A stretch of DNA of 64,000 bases from Lama glama. Its lineage: Eukaryota. The notes below the pieces were generated by a model that made no database searches, was not told the DNA's origin, and worked only from the letters and a program-made list of their open reading frames with translations. A program made the position numbers and the translations under genes. Shown here one piece after another: positions 49,732 to 62,200 of the stretch; position 1 is the stretch's first letter; each line of letters starts with the position of its first letter. The stretch is taken from NCBI GenBank assembly GCA_028534125.1, contig CM052832.1:11720001-11784000 (forward strand), given 5' to 3'.

Positions 49732-50289
49732 CGCTGCCACCTGCGGCGCGGCGCGGTCACTGAGCCCGGGCGGCGCGGGCGCCGGGGGAGGAGCCGCCGC
49801 GGGGCCGCCCCGCCCGCAGGAGGGGCCGCGCGGGTCCCTGGCTTTCCGCCCCCGCCGTCCGAGGCCCCTGGGCCAGCCCGTCCGGGGCCGGGCAGGAGGT
49901 CCCGGACACTGCGCTCCCGGCGGGCGCCGCTCGGGCTCGGGAAGCTCCGGAGCCGGGCCGCCGGCTTCCAGAGCCGCCCCGACCCCGCACTCGGACCTCC
50001 TCTCGGTTTCCCGGTAAGGGAAGCCAAACCACCCCCACCTGTCCAGGGTACCCCAAAGGAAACAGGCCAGAGGGGCGCACGGGACTTGGCCAAGGTCACA
50101 CCGCCCGTCAGACCCCTTCTGGAAAGTGTAAATCCAAGAGCTGCGAGTGACTAGTCAGAAAGATCCACCGGCGGGGTTACCCTGTCCCCAAGTCCTCTCC
50201 TCTTTCCCAGGCTGTGTCCTGAACGCAGTCCTGGGACAGCCAAGGTTGAGGGGACAACGACAAATGGGTCAATGGAGCCCTACCGGCGG

Positions 50290-50315
50290 GTGTGTGTGTG
50301 TGTGTGTGTGTGTGT
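50290..50315 (+). repeat. (GT)n microsatellite ~0.6 kb upstream of the GLP1R start codon
   Basis: Direct reading. Confidence 0.95.
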
Positions 50316-50989
50316 CTAGAGGTTCCCCCCACTCCCGCAGCCCCCATGGCCCCGGCTCTGAATCTCTGGGCTCTTATAACCTCTGCATCTGTCTGCCCAA
50401 GGCTGTCCTATGTGCCTGCTGCATCTTTTGTCTCTCTGCTTCGTGGGGACGCTGTATTTTACCTGCCTTCGTATCCACCCCCACCCCAACACAGTGCAGA
50501 CCAGGGAGCAGGTATGGTTGGGACACAGATTCATCCTCAACCAGGCTGTGGGAAACAGTGCTAAGAAGGCACTGACTTTGTGTTCCCTAAAGGATTGAGG
50601 AGTCCCAATAGGAAAAGGGAATTACCACTGTCCCCCCGTCCCCCCCCCCAAAAAACCAAAGTTTGATGTCACTGTTGGGAAGGAGGATGGCAGCAGTACT
50701 CAGGCCTGGACCTACCATGGGGCATGTCTGAACCATTCCAAAGGGAAAGGGAGTCTGTTGGAGCAGCTGCTCCTCAGGGAGAGAACAGAACTTTTCAGAA
50801 CCCAGAGAGAGGTGGGATGTCTACAGGGAGGGGAGGAGGGGGAGGTGGGACAAGGCCTCTAGTGGGAGGAACCAGGGGCTCCCACTCAGCAAGAGAGATC
50901 TTCCTCTTCAGCAGCTCTACCTCCACTACGTAAGAGTCATTTATTTCCTCCTCTAACCAGAAGCCAGCCTACCAGTCACCTTATGTGCC

Positions 50990-51430
50990 ACTTAGGATTA
51001 GCCTGTTCAGCTGCGAGTGACAGAAAATCCCTAATAACAGTGGCATAACCAAGGGCTCTGTCATGTAAAGCAAGGCTGGAGGTTCATCCCAGGGCTAGAG
51101 CAGAGGCTCCCTGACCATCAGGGGGCTCTGGCTCTTCCAGCTTCCACTATTCTCATAGTTCAAGGTTTCTACCTAATGATCCAAGGTAGCTGTTCCTGCT
51201 ACGGCCGTGATTTTCAAATTCCACCTAGCAGGAAGGAGGAAAGGGAAGATGAGTGCACCTCCACCCAATGGACGCATCCTGAGAAAGGCACTTGTCAGTT
51301 CCACATCCAATGGTCAGCAGTCAGACACATAGGTACACTTAGCTTTGAAGGAGATTGGGAGAGTATACTTTATTCCAAACAGTCACTGGCAAGGTTAAAT
51401 ATTAGGGCTTTTATTACTCTAGCAGAAGGC
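50990..51430. mobile_element. Old MaLR LTR fragment (MLT1J/H-like)
   Basis: ttaggatt...cagctgcgagtgacagaaaa...taacagtggc...aaggtagctg. Family is tentative. Confidence 0.5.
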
Positions 51431-51452
51431 AAGCTACGATGGATAGATGATT

Positions 51453-51511
<59 letters not shown>

Positions 51512-51524
51512 GTATGTATGTATG
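51453..51524 (+). repeat. (GATA)14 followed by (GTAT)n tetranucleotide microsatellite
   Basis: Direct reading. Confidence 0.95.
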
Positions 51525-51949
51525 TCAGGCAAACAAATTGCAGGCTCTGCTACATCAGGGTTGAAGGTTGCAGAGAGGAAAATAAGGGGCTAGAGAAAGT
51601 ATCCAGACAGAACTGACCCTTTACCATGAACTTATCAACCTCCAAATTACATTTACTCTATAAAAAATCTATAAAAAAATTGAACACCTGCCGTGAGCCA
51701 CACACTGAACTAGGTCCTGGGGATAAAGTGATGATGCAGTCTCTGTCGTCGGAGGGATTACATTCTAATGCAGGAAGGAGACATTAAACAAGTAATTATT
51801 GGAGCCATTCATATTACAATTACAGTTGTGATCAGCACTCTTGGGATAAGCAGGTGCTGTTGAGGTCCTGCCTCAGTACTTGAAAGGCCACTTTCTCTCT
51901 GCTGGAGGCAGGGGCAGGAGGGTGGCCTTCTCTGGCTGGGGGGAGATTT

Positions 51950-52250
51950 TTGTGTTCAGTTAGTGCAGGGTGGGTACCTTTTGCATGGATGGGTAGGAGT
52001 GGATGGATAAATACCCTAGCTTCTCACCCCTTGGGTGGGACAACTCAGAGGCATGTACCACAGTCTCCCAAAGGTGCCAGTGCAGTGGAGCCCCAGTTTT
52101 CCAGAGCAGTGACCTGCTCAATAATGCACCCACTTCCCTGGCCTGTCTCACTTTCCAACAGTAGGGGACTAGTGCCTCCCCGGGGGCACCTCCCAAATAA
52201 AAACAAACTACTCGTGCTTAAACCCTTGCTGGGAGAGCACAGCTGAAGAC
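51950..52250 (+). mobile_element. ERVL LTR16-like fragment
   Basis: gagccccagtt...cagtgacctgctcaataatgcacc...cacctcccaaataaa...cttaaaccctt. Confidence 0.55.
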
Positions 52251-53670
52251 AGTGGACAGATGAGAGTACTCAGGGATGGGGCCAGCCCCCTGAGCCCAGA
52301 GGCATTTGGGTGGCAGATTACTTACCTCCCCTTTGAATACGGGGTCCAAAACCTCTGGGTTTGCTCTGATTCTACAACTCACCTCAGCATGTACCGTCGT
52401 GGATTCTGTCTCCTCATCAGGTGTTCAGCTTTGGCAGATGCCTCCCCCACCCCCCAAGTACTGTCTCTGGGTGTGATGGATGACATTGGGTGCAGTGCTC
52501 TGGTGCTTCCATGCATGTGCCCTGCAGCTGCTGGAAGGTTGTGTATTAGACGAGGGGAGGATTTGTCTCCTCATCTTGTGAGGTACGTTAAGTTTCAGAG
52601 TAGGTCCAAAGTCCGATTCCCCTTTTTTTTTTTTTCAAACAACTTAACTTCTCTCCCTCCTGCCTTATCCAGTCCCCTAGAGGATTAGCTTTCTCAAACC
52701 CTTATCTGACCTCATCCCTGAGCCCATCCATTGGTTGCCCATCACCCAGGACCAAGTCCTCCAAACTTGTTAGCATCTAAGAAAGCTGTTTGGACTGCCT
52801 TCAGCTTACCTCCCAACAGGACCTCTTGCAAGTGCTTCCTTCCACCTCTTTGCTTTTGCACAAGCAGTCCCCTCAGTCTGAAGTGTCCTCACCCACCTCA
52901 CCTGCGTGAGATCCTACTCATGCTGCAGGACCCAGCTCAGGCAGCCTCGTCTTAGAAAACTCCCTGCGTCACCCCGGCCCCTCAACATCCCTTCAAGGCA
53001 GCATAGATCCTCTTATCAGCAGTAAGAGCCTTGGAAGTCCCCCCTAAACACGGCTGTCCTCCAGGATTCCCCAATTTCTGCCCACCCTTAGAGCCTCAGT
53101 CAAGAAGTCACCCCACCTGGAAACTTTCTATGATTGCCACCCCCACCCCAGTTCCTCAGTCCCTCAGTCGCTTTTGCCATCTGGGCACTTGGGAACCCTC
53201 TTGAAAGTTGCTGGTTAATTTCTCGGTTTCTCCATGGACTCTGAGCCCCTTGAGGACAGGGGTCTCGTTCCACTCATCTCTATACCCACAGCACCCTGTG
53301 TAGTGCTTGGCTCATACTAGGTGCTCAGTGACTCTGGCTTAAAATAACAAATGAAATGTATTGTAGCACTCACCATGTTCTGTCACTGTCTTTATGACTT
53401 TCCCTCATTAGACTGTGAGCTAGCTCCCTGAGGGAAGGGAGGTTTCCTCATTCATCTCTGGACATCCAGTGGCAGCACAGTACCCGGCACATAGTAGGTA
53501 AAATAAAATGTTTATTGCAATTGAAACACATCAGTCCAAGTGCCCATACATTGTAGGTGCTCAAAACCTTATCATAAGAAGGATGGGCTGGGAGAGAGGA
53601 CAGATGATGTCCGAGGAGTACCATCCTCTCCTCTCCCCACACTGTTATGAGGGTCCCCTCGCTCAGGCCC

Positions 53671-54032
53671 TGCAACGGTCTGAATGTCTATGTTCCTTCA
53701 AATTCATATGTTGAAATCCTGCCCCTCAAGGTGACGATATTTAGAGGGGGGCCTTTGGGAACTGATTAGGTGATGATAGCAGAGCCCTAGTGATTGGCAT
53801 CGATGCCCTTATAAAAGAGACCCCAGAGGACTCCCTCCTCCCTTCTACCATGTGGGGACACACAGAAAAAAATTGTCATCGATGAACAGGGAAGCAGGCT
53901 CCCACCAGACACCAAATCTACTGGTGTCAGGATCTTGGACTTTAAGCCTTCAGAACTGTGAGAAATAAATGTTTGTTTATAAGCCACCATGTCTCTGATA
54001 CTTTGTTACAGCAGCCCAGTGGACCAAGACAA
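53671..54032 (+). mobile_element. MaLR solo LTR (MLT1A-like)
   Basis: tg..ggtctgaatgt...aaattcatatgttgaaatcct...ggggcctttggga...gcccttataaaagagacc...cagaactgtgagaaataaatgtttgtttataagccac. Confidence 0.8.
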
Positions 54033-56249
54033 GTCCCCTAGATCAGAGGGCAGGAAGAGCTCCCTAGGAACCAGGAGCTGAGGAGATGGAACACTGCTTG
54101 CTAGACTAACACTAACCATGAACCAAAAAAAAAAAGCTACCCCGTACTGAGCTCCCACTCTGGGCCAGGTGCTGGCATTCATCCCAGGTCCACCGGCCCC
54201 CAAGGCTGGTGCAGGAGAGGGTACAGGCTTCCTCCGCAGCCCAGAGTTCTGGGTCCGGCTCCTTACCCTCATGCCCAAAGCTTTTCCTGTGGCCGTAAAG
54301 TGGGGTACCCTCAGCTTCCACTAAGAAAACTTGGCTTTCAGATCATCTTCAGAAATGGGACTGGGAGTAACTGATGTAAGCACTGGAGGAAACGATGCTG
54401 CAAGGCCCCGAACCTATGGAGACAGACCCCAGAGCAGGCCACCCTACTCCTTTGTCCCTGGCTGCGGGGAACCTCTCCTTGGTAGGAAGACCTGCCAATG
54501 GGCAGAACAGAGTCTTTCATGTGGAAGAGGGGGAGGAGGAGAGGAGTGGGGGGGAGAAAAGAGGAGAGGTGGGGAGAGGAGAAAGAGCTGCTAAAAAGGA
54601 CAGGTATCTCTTGTCTATATAGTTCAGGTTCCTTCCCAAGCTCCAAGATCCTAAGAAGCTCAAGACCATATCCCTCTTATGAGGGACCAGCTGAGGAAAG
54701 AGCCAATGTCTTCTAGCCTAGTATAAATACATGTGTACACACACACACACATACGCACGCACACAGCTACGCCCAGATCTTAGGCTCTGTCAGTCTTGGG
54801 TTCAGATCCAGCTCAGTCACTCACGGAACATTTCTGAACCTTGGTCTCACAATCTGTAAAATGGGGATAATAATAAAGGCCAACATTTACTATGCACTTG
54901 CCTTGAGCCGGGCAGTGTTCCAGGAGCCATGTGAGTGTTTTTCCATTTAATGCTCACCATTGCTCTTGCCTGGTCGTCGCCAGGAGAGTCTGAAGACCTG
55001 CTGCTGGGGTAAGGCAGAGAACGCAGGAGTGGGCCCCGGAATCCCTCTTCCGCCTGGAGCCGGGGGAACGTGGCTGCCAGCAGTTCTCAGTGGTGGAGGA
55101 GTGTGGTGGGGGGATGTCCCTGGGGCCAAGGGCTCCACCCCTCTGCCTCCTGCCTCTCTTCTCAGACCCTGCCCTCTGCCCCCTGACCCAGCACTTCTGG
55201 GAGCAACCCTGGGTTGTGAAGTGGGATCATTTTTATCTCTATTTTATAAATGAAGATCCCAAAGAGTAAAGCAGTGAAGGAACTAGCACAAGATAGGTCT
55301 AGAGAGCCCAAGAGAGCTTGGATGTGACCCACCCAGACCCGCACACTGATGGCAGGACTGCTGGACAATCAGAAGCAGCACTCACCCAGAATCTGGCACT
55401 AAGTCCTCGGTAGGTGGCAGCGTTAACACCACTGTTATTCTCCAGGGCCCTCCATCTTCCTGGTTGTCACTGCATCAGCTGTGCCAGGTCTCAGCAAGGC
55501 AGCAGGTACAGCTGCTAATTCCCAGGGGCTCCAGCTCAGTCCATCTCTTCCTGGTCCAGGTGGCTCCAGCCCAATCCCCCAGGTCTGGGGGAGGGAGGAG
55601 GCTGGCTGGACAAAAGAGACCCTTCCCCCTGTGCAGTGCCATGATCTCTGCCCACACCTCCCCACCTCCAATCCAGCTAGTTTCCCAGGTGCTGGGTCCT
55701 GTTCAGCTCCGGGCAGTCAGCTGGGGAGGATTTATAGCCTCTTGAGCTACAGTGATTATTGCTCTCTTGGGCGGATGCAGCTCCAAGTGTCACAGCATCG
55801 TTCTCGTAACTGACTCCTCTGTTGAAAGAGAAGTCAATGGGGATCACTCCCACTTTACAGGGAGGGGAACTGAATCCCAACCAGAGTCAGAGGATTTGCT
55901 TGAGGTCACTTAGCAAAGTGCTGGCAGGTTCTGTGCACCCGTGGAGCAAGAAAGAGAAAACAGTGAGGTGAAAACAGCAAAATCGGTCTCTCTTCTCCAC
56001 TGGGGGATTCTGGCCAGAAATGACTGGGCCTCCCTCCACCTCCCCTGGGAGGGATTAGTGTCAGCAGTGGGGACGAGGTGAGAGAAAACCCCGGGGAGGG
56101 AGAGAGCCGTTGGGAGAGGTGCTTGGTCCGAGAGGTAGGTAGAATCAGCGAGGGGGCAGGCGTTGCCCTAAGAGCCATCTGCTCTCTTTCTTTTAACAAG
56201 AAGATTGTGTGGCAGAGCTGGCTGAATGCTCCCCAAATCCGAGCACAGC

Positions 56250-56678
56250 GTGTGTTAGCTCCTGGGGCTGCTGTAACAAAGCACCACAAACTATAGGCTT
56301 CAACAACAGAAATATATTATCTCACAGTTCTGGAGGGGAGAAGTCTGAAATCAAGGTGTCGGCAGTGTTGGTACCTTCTGAGGGTTCCACGACTCTCTCC
56401 GAGCTTCTGGTAGCCTCAGGCGTCCTTGGCTTGTAGATAGATTGCATTGTCCCTGTGTCTTCACATCCCCTTCCCTCTGTGCCTGTCTCTCTGTGTCCAA
56501 GTTTCCCTTTTGTATAAGGATGTCAGTCATACTGGATTAGGGCCCACCCTTATGACCTCATTTTCACTTGATTACCTCTGTAAAGACCCTATTTCCAAAC
56601 AAGGTCACATTCTAGGGTACTGAGAGTTAGGACTTGAAGATATCTTTTGTGGGGGGGGGGCACAATTCAACCCGTAAC
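56250..56678 (-). mobile_element. MaLR solo LTR (MLT1B/C-like)
   Basis: gctgctgtaacaaa..accacaaact...tctcacagttctggagg...gaaatcaaggtgtcggcag...accctatttccaaacaaggtcacattct...acaattcaacccgtaaca. Confidence 0.8.
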
Positions 56679-58498
56679 ACACAGAGACCACATTTCCCAG
56701 CCTCCCTTGATGTTTAGTTTGGCCGGTGGATCATGGAGGAAAGTGGTATAGGCCCCTTCCGGGCTTGGTCCATAAGACCTCCTACACAATCCTCGACACC
56801 CTCCCCTCCTCCACTTACCAGTCAGACACAGATGATCCAGTGGAGAACTCCCGGCCCTGCGACTGGAACCACAGGACAGAAGGAGCCTGGATCCCTGAAT
56901 GACTGTGGGGAGCAGAGTTTCCTGCTGACCTACACTGGACTGTCTCGTGTTAAGCCACTGAGATTCAGGAGCTACCTGTCCCTGCAGTTAGTCTACCCTG
57001 CCAGACACAGCTGGTGTGTGCCCCTGGGGGAAGAGGCTTCTGAAGGTCCCCTCTGTCGCTGCCTGAGAGTAAGTGACTGAGACCCCTCCCTCTGGGCCCG
57101 TCTCCTCCTCCCCTTTGTCGGGGTGGTGATCCCCTTCACCCCTGGCTGTTCCAACCTGTTTGCCTTTTCTCTGGAGAGAAGATGGTTAGGACCGAACCCA
57201 CACTGCCCCTTCACAGAATTAAAGCTCTGCAGTCAAAGAGGAAACGTGCCACATTTCACACGTTTGGAAACCAGGTAAAAAGGAGACATCATGCAGGTCT
57301 TCTCATTGTGGTCTTTCAGTGCCTCAAGGTGGCTGAGAAACCCACTGTGACCAAGATGAAAAATGAAACCATCAACCAAAGTCTAAAATAAAAGGTGTCC
57401 CCAGAGTGACATGCTGACAGCCCACCTACAACAGCCTCTGTCTTAGAAAATCTCCCCAGCCGCACCCCCACCCTTCCCCCCAGCTGTAGCATCCTTCAGA
57501 CAGGCCAGGGCAGGAAATGCTCTGCCGAGGAGCCTGCAGGACCCCAGAAGTTCTCTCCAAATAGAATGGCTCTGAGCCGGGGTGGGGAAGCTGTCCCTGG
57601 CTTTCAGGAGTCAGGATCACCTCCATGGCTGAGTCAAGGTCACTGTAAAACCTGTCAGAGTCCCCCAAGGCAGGGAAGGACAGATGGGATCCTGGCAATG
57701 GCCTGACTCTTGCCTGGAGCCTTCTAAATTGCACTCTCTCTGACACACACAGGCTGGACAAAACCATCTCCGTAGGGTCCTCATAAAAGGAATGTGGGAC
57801 CCACTCACTCCCTTCTCTTGAATAACAGAAAACAAATGCAAAATGGAAAATCTGAAAGTTTCTGGGCCAGCTCCTTCCAGCAACCTGCACCACCACGCCC
57901 CACTCTTGGAATGCAGACTCAAGGGTAAGCTGCATCCACCCTGGACCTCACTGGTCACACGTGGTGTCCAGCCATCGAGGCCTGCAGGACTGTGAGTTGT
58001 CTCCTCCATCTCCACCGGATCATAGCCTAGCAGTTTCCACTCCCTTCTCTGGTCATTTCTCTCAGCCCCATCTGACTAGTGATGTGGTAACATTTCAGAA
58101 TTCAAGACTGGCCTGTGGCTGGGGGGAGCTCAGGGTCTCTCTCTGTTGTTGTGGCCTGACCTCTAGCCCTGATCTCAAGTGGACCCGCAGCTGTGCCCAG
58201 CAGGGGACATTTTCCAGGGACCCAGTCTATTTCATTATTTCCCCTCCCAAGGCCAACCAAGAGTCACTTCCTTCCCTGTCCTGAAAGCTCTCACTCTCTA
58301 TGCACTCAGTGATGCTCTGGTTTCTGGCTCATTTGCCAAACGGGATGGCAAACAAAGCTGATGAACTGACTGGGCACCTGATGGCACAGCTCTCCAGCCC
58401 CCAGCTGGCCAGGTGCTCTCAGGGGGAGCTCCTCAGGGGAGCGGGCTCACAGAGTTGATTTCAAGAATGGCCGTTTTGCCATATAAAAAGGCACAAAC

Positions 58499-59290
58499 AC
58501 TTCTCGGAGACAAAAGCTGATGCTGGTGCTGCGAGAGGGGCTGGAGGCCCCAGGGGTCCTGGAACAGGAGGACGTGGAGGCTCTGGCAGCAGCTGGGCTG
58601 AGCTCTCAGCTATGGTCAATACCAGGGCTAAGGCCCCAGAACTCGTGGAGGCAAACTGAGGACAGGAGTGTGTCCCCATCATCAAGCCAAGTTGCTCGGG
58701 TCCAGGACAAGAAGATCAAGTCTCTCCTCTCTGCCCATCAAGGGGATAGAGATCATTAACAGTTTTCTAGGGATGTCCCCCTCAAGGACGAGGTTCTGAA
58801 GATCATGCCTGTGCAAAAGCAGACCTAGGCGGGCCAGCAGACCAGGTCCAAGGCGATTGTAGCCATCAGGGACTGCAACAGTTGTGTCGGCCTGGATGTC
58901 AAACGGCACAAGAAGGCACCCATCATCATCCGCAGAGTCTTCACCCTGCCTGCAGTCTTGGTAATCCTGGTGCGGTGGGACTTGCAGTGGGACCCCCGGT
59001 GGAACGAGATCAGCAAGCCCTGCATGGTTGACACAACGCTGAGGCTCGGTGCTAATGTGCCTCATCCCTGCCTGCCTGCCAGCCCGGGCACTGTATCCAC
59101 CCCTGTCTGCCAGCTCTGCCAGCTCTGCCGAGGCCACTTCCAAGACCCACCATAGCTCTGACCTCTGGAAGGACACTGTTCCCCACGTCTCCCCATCCGG
59201 AACTCACTGACCCACACCAGAGTATCCAAGGGTGGCCACCGCAGGGTGCTTTGATACAAGAAAAAAAAAATCAGTGAATTAAACATGAAA
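58499..59290 (+). pseudogene. RPS2: Processed pseudogene of 40S ribosomal protein S2 (uS5)
   Basis: Intronless RPS2-like sequence: gatgctggtgctgcg..ggaggcccc, ggaggcaaa.ctgaggacaggagtg, ctcaaggacgaggttctgaagatcatgcctgtgcaaaagcagacc, gacctctggaagga.actgt, acccacaccagagt, then 3'UTR atacaagaaaaa...gtgaattaa. ATG lost, in-frame TAG, many indels. Confidence 0.92.
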
Positions 59291-62200
59291 GCAAATCAAC
59301 AAAGAGAAATTTCACAGATATACAGGATGGTCCTAAGGAGCAAGTTCTCTTGCAGGCTCCCCACTGCTACCTGGTTGAGGAGAAAGGCCCCGCTCAGGTG
59401 TGGGAAGACCCGGGCTCTCCCCCTGGTTCTTCGGCTATTTCCCTTTGCCCCTCAAAGCAGATCGCCTCAACATTCTGAGCCACAGTTTCCTCACCTGTGT
59501 AATAATCCCTACCATTGCCTGACTACAGGACTGCTGGGAAAACCACGTGAGAGGGTGCATGTGGAAGAGCTCTGGAAACGGCCAAGTCCGGATGTGAGGA
59601 GACTTCAAGTTCATTCCGACAACATTCCTGATGCTCCCCGGTCCTCCCAGCTCTCCTCAAGTGTCCTGTGCTGCAGTCAATCCAGATATGTTGTCATGGT
59701 GGCTGCTGTCATGCTGTCGGCCTGCCTTCGTGCACATCTGGCCTTTGCTCCTGCTGTGCCCTCCTCCTGAAATGCTCTTCTCCTCTATTTCCTTGGGTCA
59801 AATCCCATCCATCCTTCATGGCTCGACCGGAATCCTACTTCCTCCAAGGGTGTTGCCCAACCCTCCCTAAGAAGAGTCAAGTCTCTCTCCTCTGTGCTCC
59901 TACACCCACTTCATCTTCAACAATGGTCACTCTCCGACTTGCATTGTGGCTATCCGGTGCAGTCTGTGTTCTCTGCTACAGCACTCGCCTGAGGGTGGGG
60001 TCCCTCTTGCCTCTCACCTGAGAGTTAGCCCGGAGCTTGTGCACAAAAGGTGCTCAAAGCCATCAGACTGATTTGCAATGAGTTGGAAAGGACCTCAAGA
60101 GGTAATCAATGTCTTTGGGGCCTGGAGGCAGAAGACGAGAGGCCAGGCTCCAGGGAGCAGGTCCATAAACATCTTTTGACAGAAAAGCCTGACTTCCAAG
60201 CCTAGCAGTTTTAGAGTATATTTACATGGGAGGCTTTTAAAATAGCAAAACTTTAGATTTATATCTCTGTGAACAGATGTGGAAGGAAAAATCAATTCCT
60301 CATAGGATTGGCTTATTTGTTTTTTTATCGCAGTGCTAAATATTATGCACCAAAGTGACAAATTAATACATAAATTGACCTAGAGACACATACTCCAACA
60401 ACCCAGGACGAGAGTGGAGTGAGGACCTGCAGGACCTGCTCACGGCTGGATGTGGCAGATGCCTGCACGTGATGTGTCCATCAAGCTATAGAGTTTCCTA
60501 AAAGATGCTGGAGACCAAGACAACTCTAATCAAGACAACTCTAAAAAAGCCCAGCCTTTTCCCCAGGAGAGGGGAAACATTCACATCCTTTGTTTCAGGG
60601 GATACAGGGTATGGAAGGCTGGTGCCACCTTGCCATTGGCTCTGGCGCCTTTCCGGGGCTGTTAGAAGAGGTCAGGAGAAAGGCCTGGCAGCACCCTGGC
60701 CCCTTCCTACCCAGGCCCCTTCCAGGACAGAGAACACCACAGACTGGCCCAGAGAGCGGTGCCCTCTGGGGCTGGCGGGGCCCCAGAGCAGGTAACTTTG
60801 AGCAAACAGAGTGTGAGCACCACCTCCCTCCTGCAAGAGTCAGGCCCTGTCTTCCAAGGAGCACGTGAAAGGCCAGGGCAGGGCCAGACAAGGAAATGCA
60901 TCTGCTCATCCCTCAGGCCAGCCATCCCACAGGTTCAGAGGGCCAGGGAGGGACCTGAAGGTGGTGCGGGGTGTGGGATCCACCAGGGAACACCACAGCT
61001 GACTGCCCGTGGCCAGGCAGAAAGAGCAAGCCTATTCTAAAAGAATTCCATAAACGTGGAAAAAAACTGAAAGTGATTGCTTTCCCCAGGAGAGGGGATG
61101 ACACATAACCACAAAACTTCTGATGTGGTCCAGTTAACCGCAGTTGGTTCTTAGCTCTGGGGAGAGAGAGGACTACAGAGTATTTCCTATTCGCCTGGCA
61201 ACCTCTCATTCAGTTTCTCTCCGTAATGGAAACTGGATGTCCTTTGGGGGGACAATAGAAGAGGAACAACAGGAAGGGGGAGGATTTGCATAACCAGTAA
61301 GGAAGATGAGAACCTGCACCTGACAGATGGGCGTCCTTATCCCCTCAGACACAGGTTGAAGTCCCCAGTCACACGCCTGGGGAGCCTGGGGTCCCAGTGA
61401 CAGAAACACTCATGACTCTGTCAGCTGGGAGACAGGAAGAGAGCCCCATAAACACCATCTTGAAGAGGCTGTGAAGGTGCCAGGAAATTACAGGCTTGTG
61501 TGTTGAACACCTGCACCGGGTCATATGAGGGTTTTGCCTGGAAATGGAGAGGAGGTGCTTTAATTAATCAGCCCCGGCCTGAGAGAAAAGAAGAGGAGAG
61601 GCTGCTGCTGTGAGGAAAGGCAGGGAGCGGCCAGCGAGCACAGCACGGGTGTGATGCGAAGAGACCGCCCCCTGCTCCCTGAAGACACCTATTCGGTTAA
61701 CACTGCTTATAAAGAAACAACCGTTAACACAGTCAGCCAAGGAGGGCAGCTGTGAGGGCTCCCTGGCTCCTTTTGGGGAGAATGGAACAGATTAGGAGAA
61801 TCTGCTATAAAACAACAGCTTCTAAGGAACTGGTATGGATTCAGGGCAGATGAAGAACATTTTCATCTCTTGAGCATGATTCCAAAGTATTTATATGCAT
61901 CTCAGAAGGTTGTATGTAAATCAAGACTTGAGTGTTCAAAGAATGCGGTTCCTTTTCTGCAGTCAAAGCCAGATGCTGGGAGACAGAAACAACCAAGTGG
62001 ACTCACTTTTCCCCTGGTGCTGAAAGTACAAAAGTAGTTTCTTTCCTAAGACTAAATACAGCTCTCTCTTTCAAAACTTCTTAGGAATCTGAGGCTGTGA
62101 GAAAAATAATCATTAAGAATGGATGCTTTCAGATTTCAGTTGCTTTTGTGTTTTGAGGGCTTTTCAATATCTGTCCTGTGGCTCCACACAGCCCCAGGAG

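Larger units (their letters stand above)
49190..50180 (-). promoter_or_regulatory. GLP1R: GLP1R CpG-island, TATA-less promoter with GC boxes
   Basis: Very CpG-dense. Several CCGCCC/GGGCGG boxes at 49790-49980. Inr-like TCAGT at 49763-49759. Confidence 0.85.

Noticed and set aside
49241..50154. Long overlapping ORFs (258, 214 and 184 aa) at the GLP1R promoter
   Set aside because: Stop-poor CpG island giving low-complexity G/A/R/P translations. Only the 26 codons of GLP1R exon 1 are supported.
60518..60544. Tandem duplication of CAAGACAACTCTAA
   Set aside because: Ordinary slippage duplication, two copies only.
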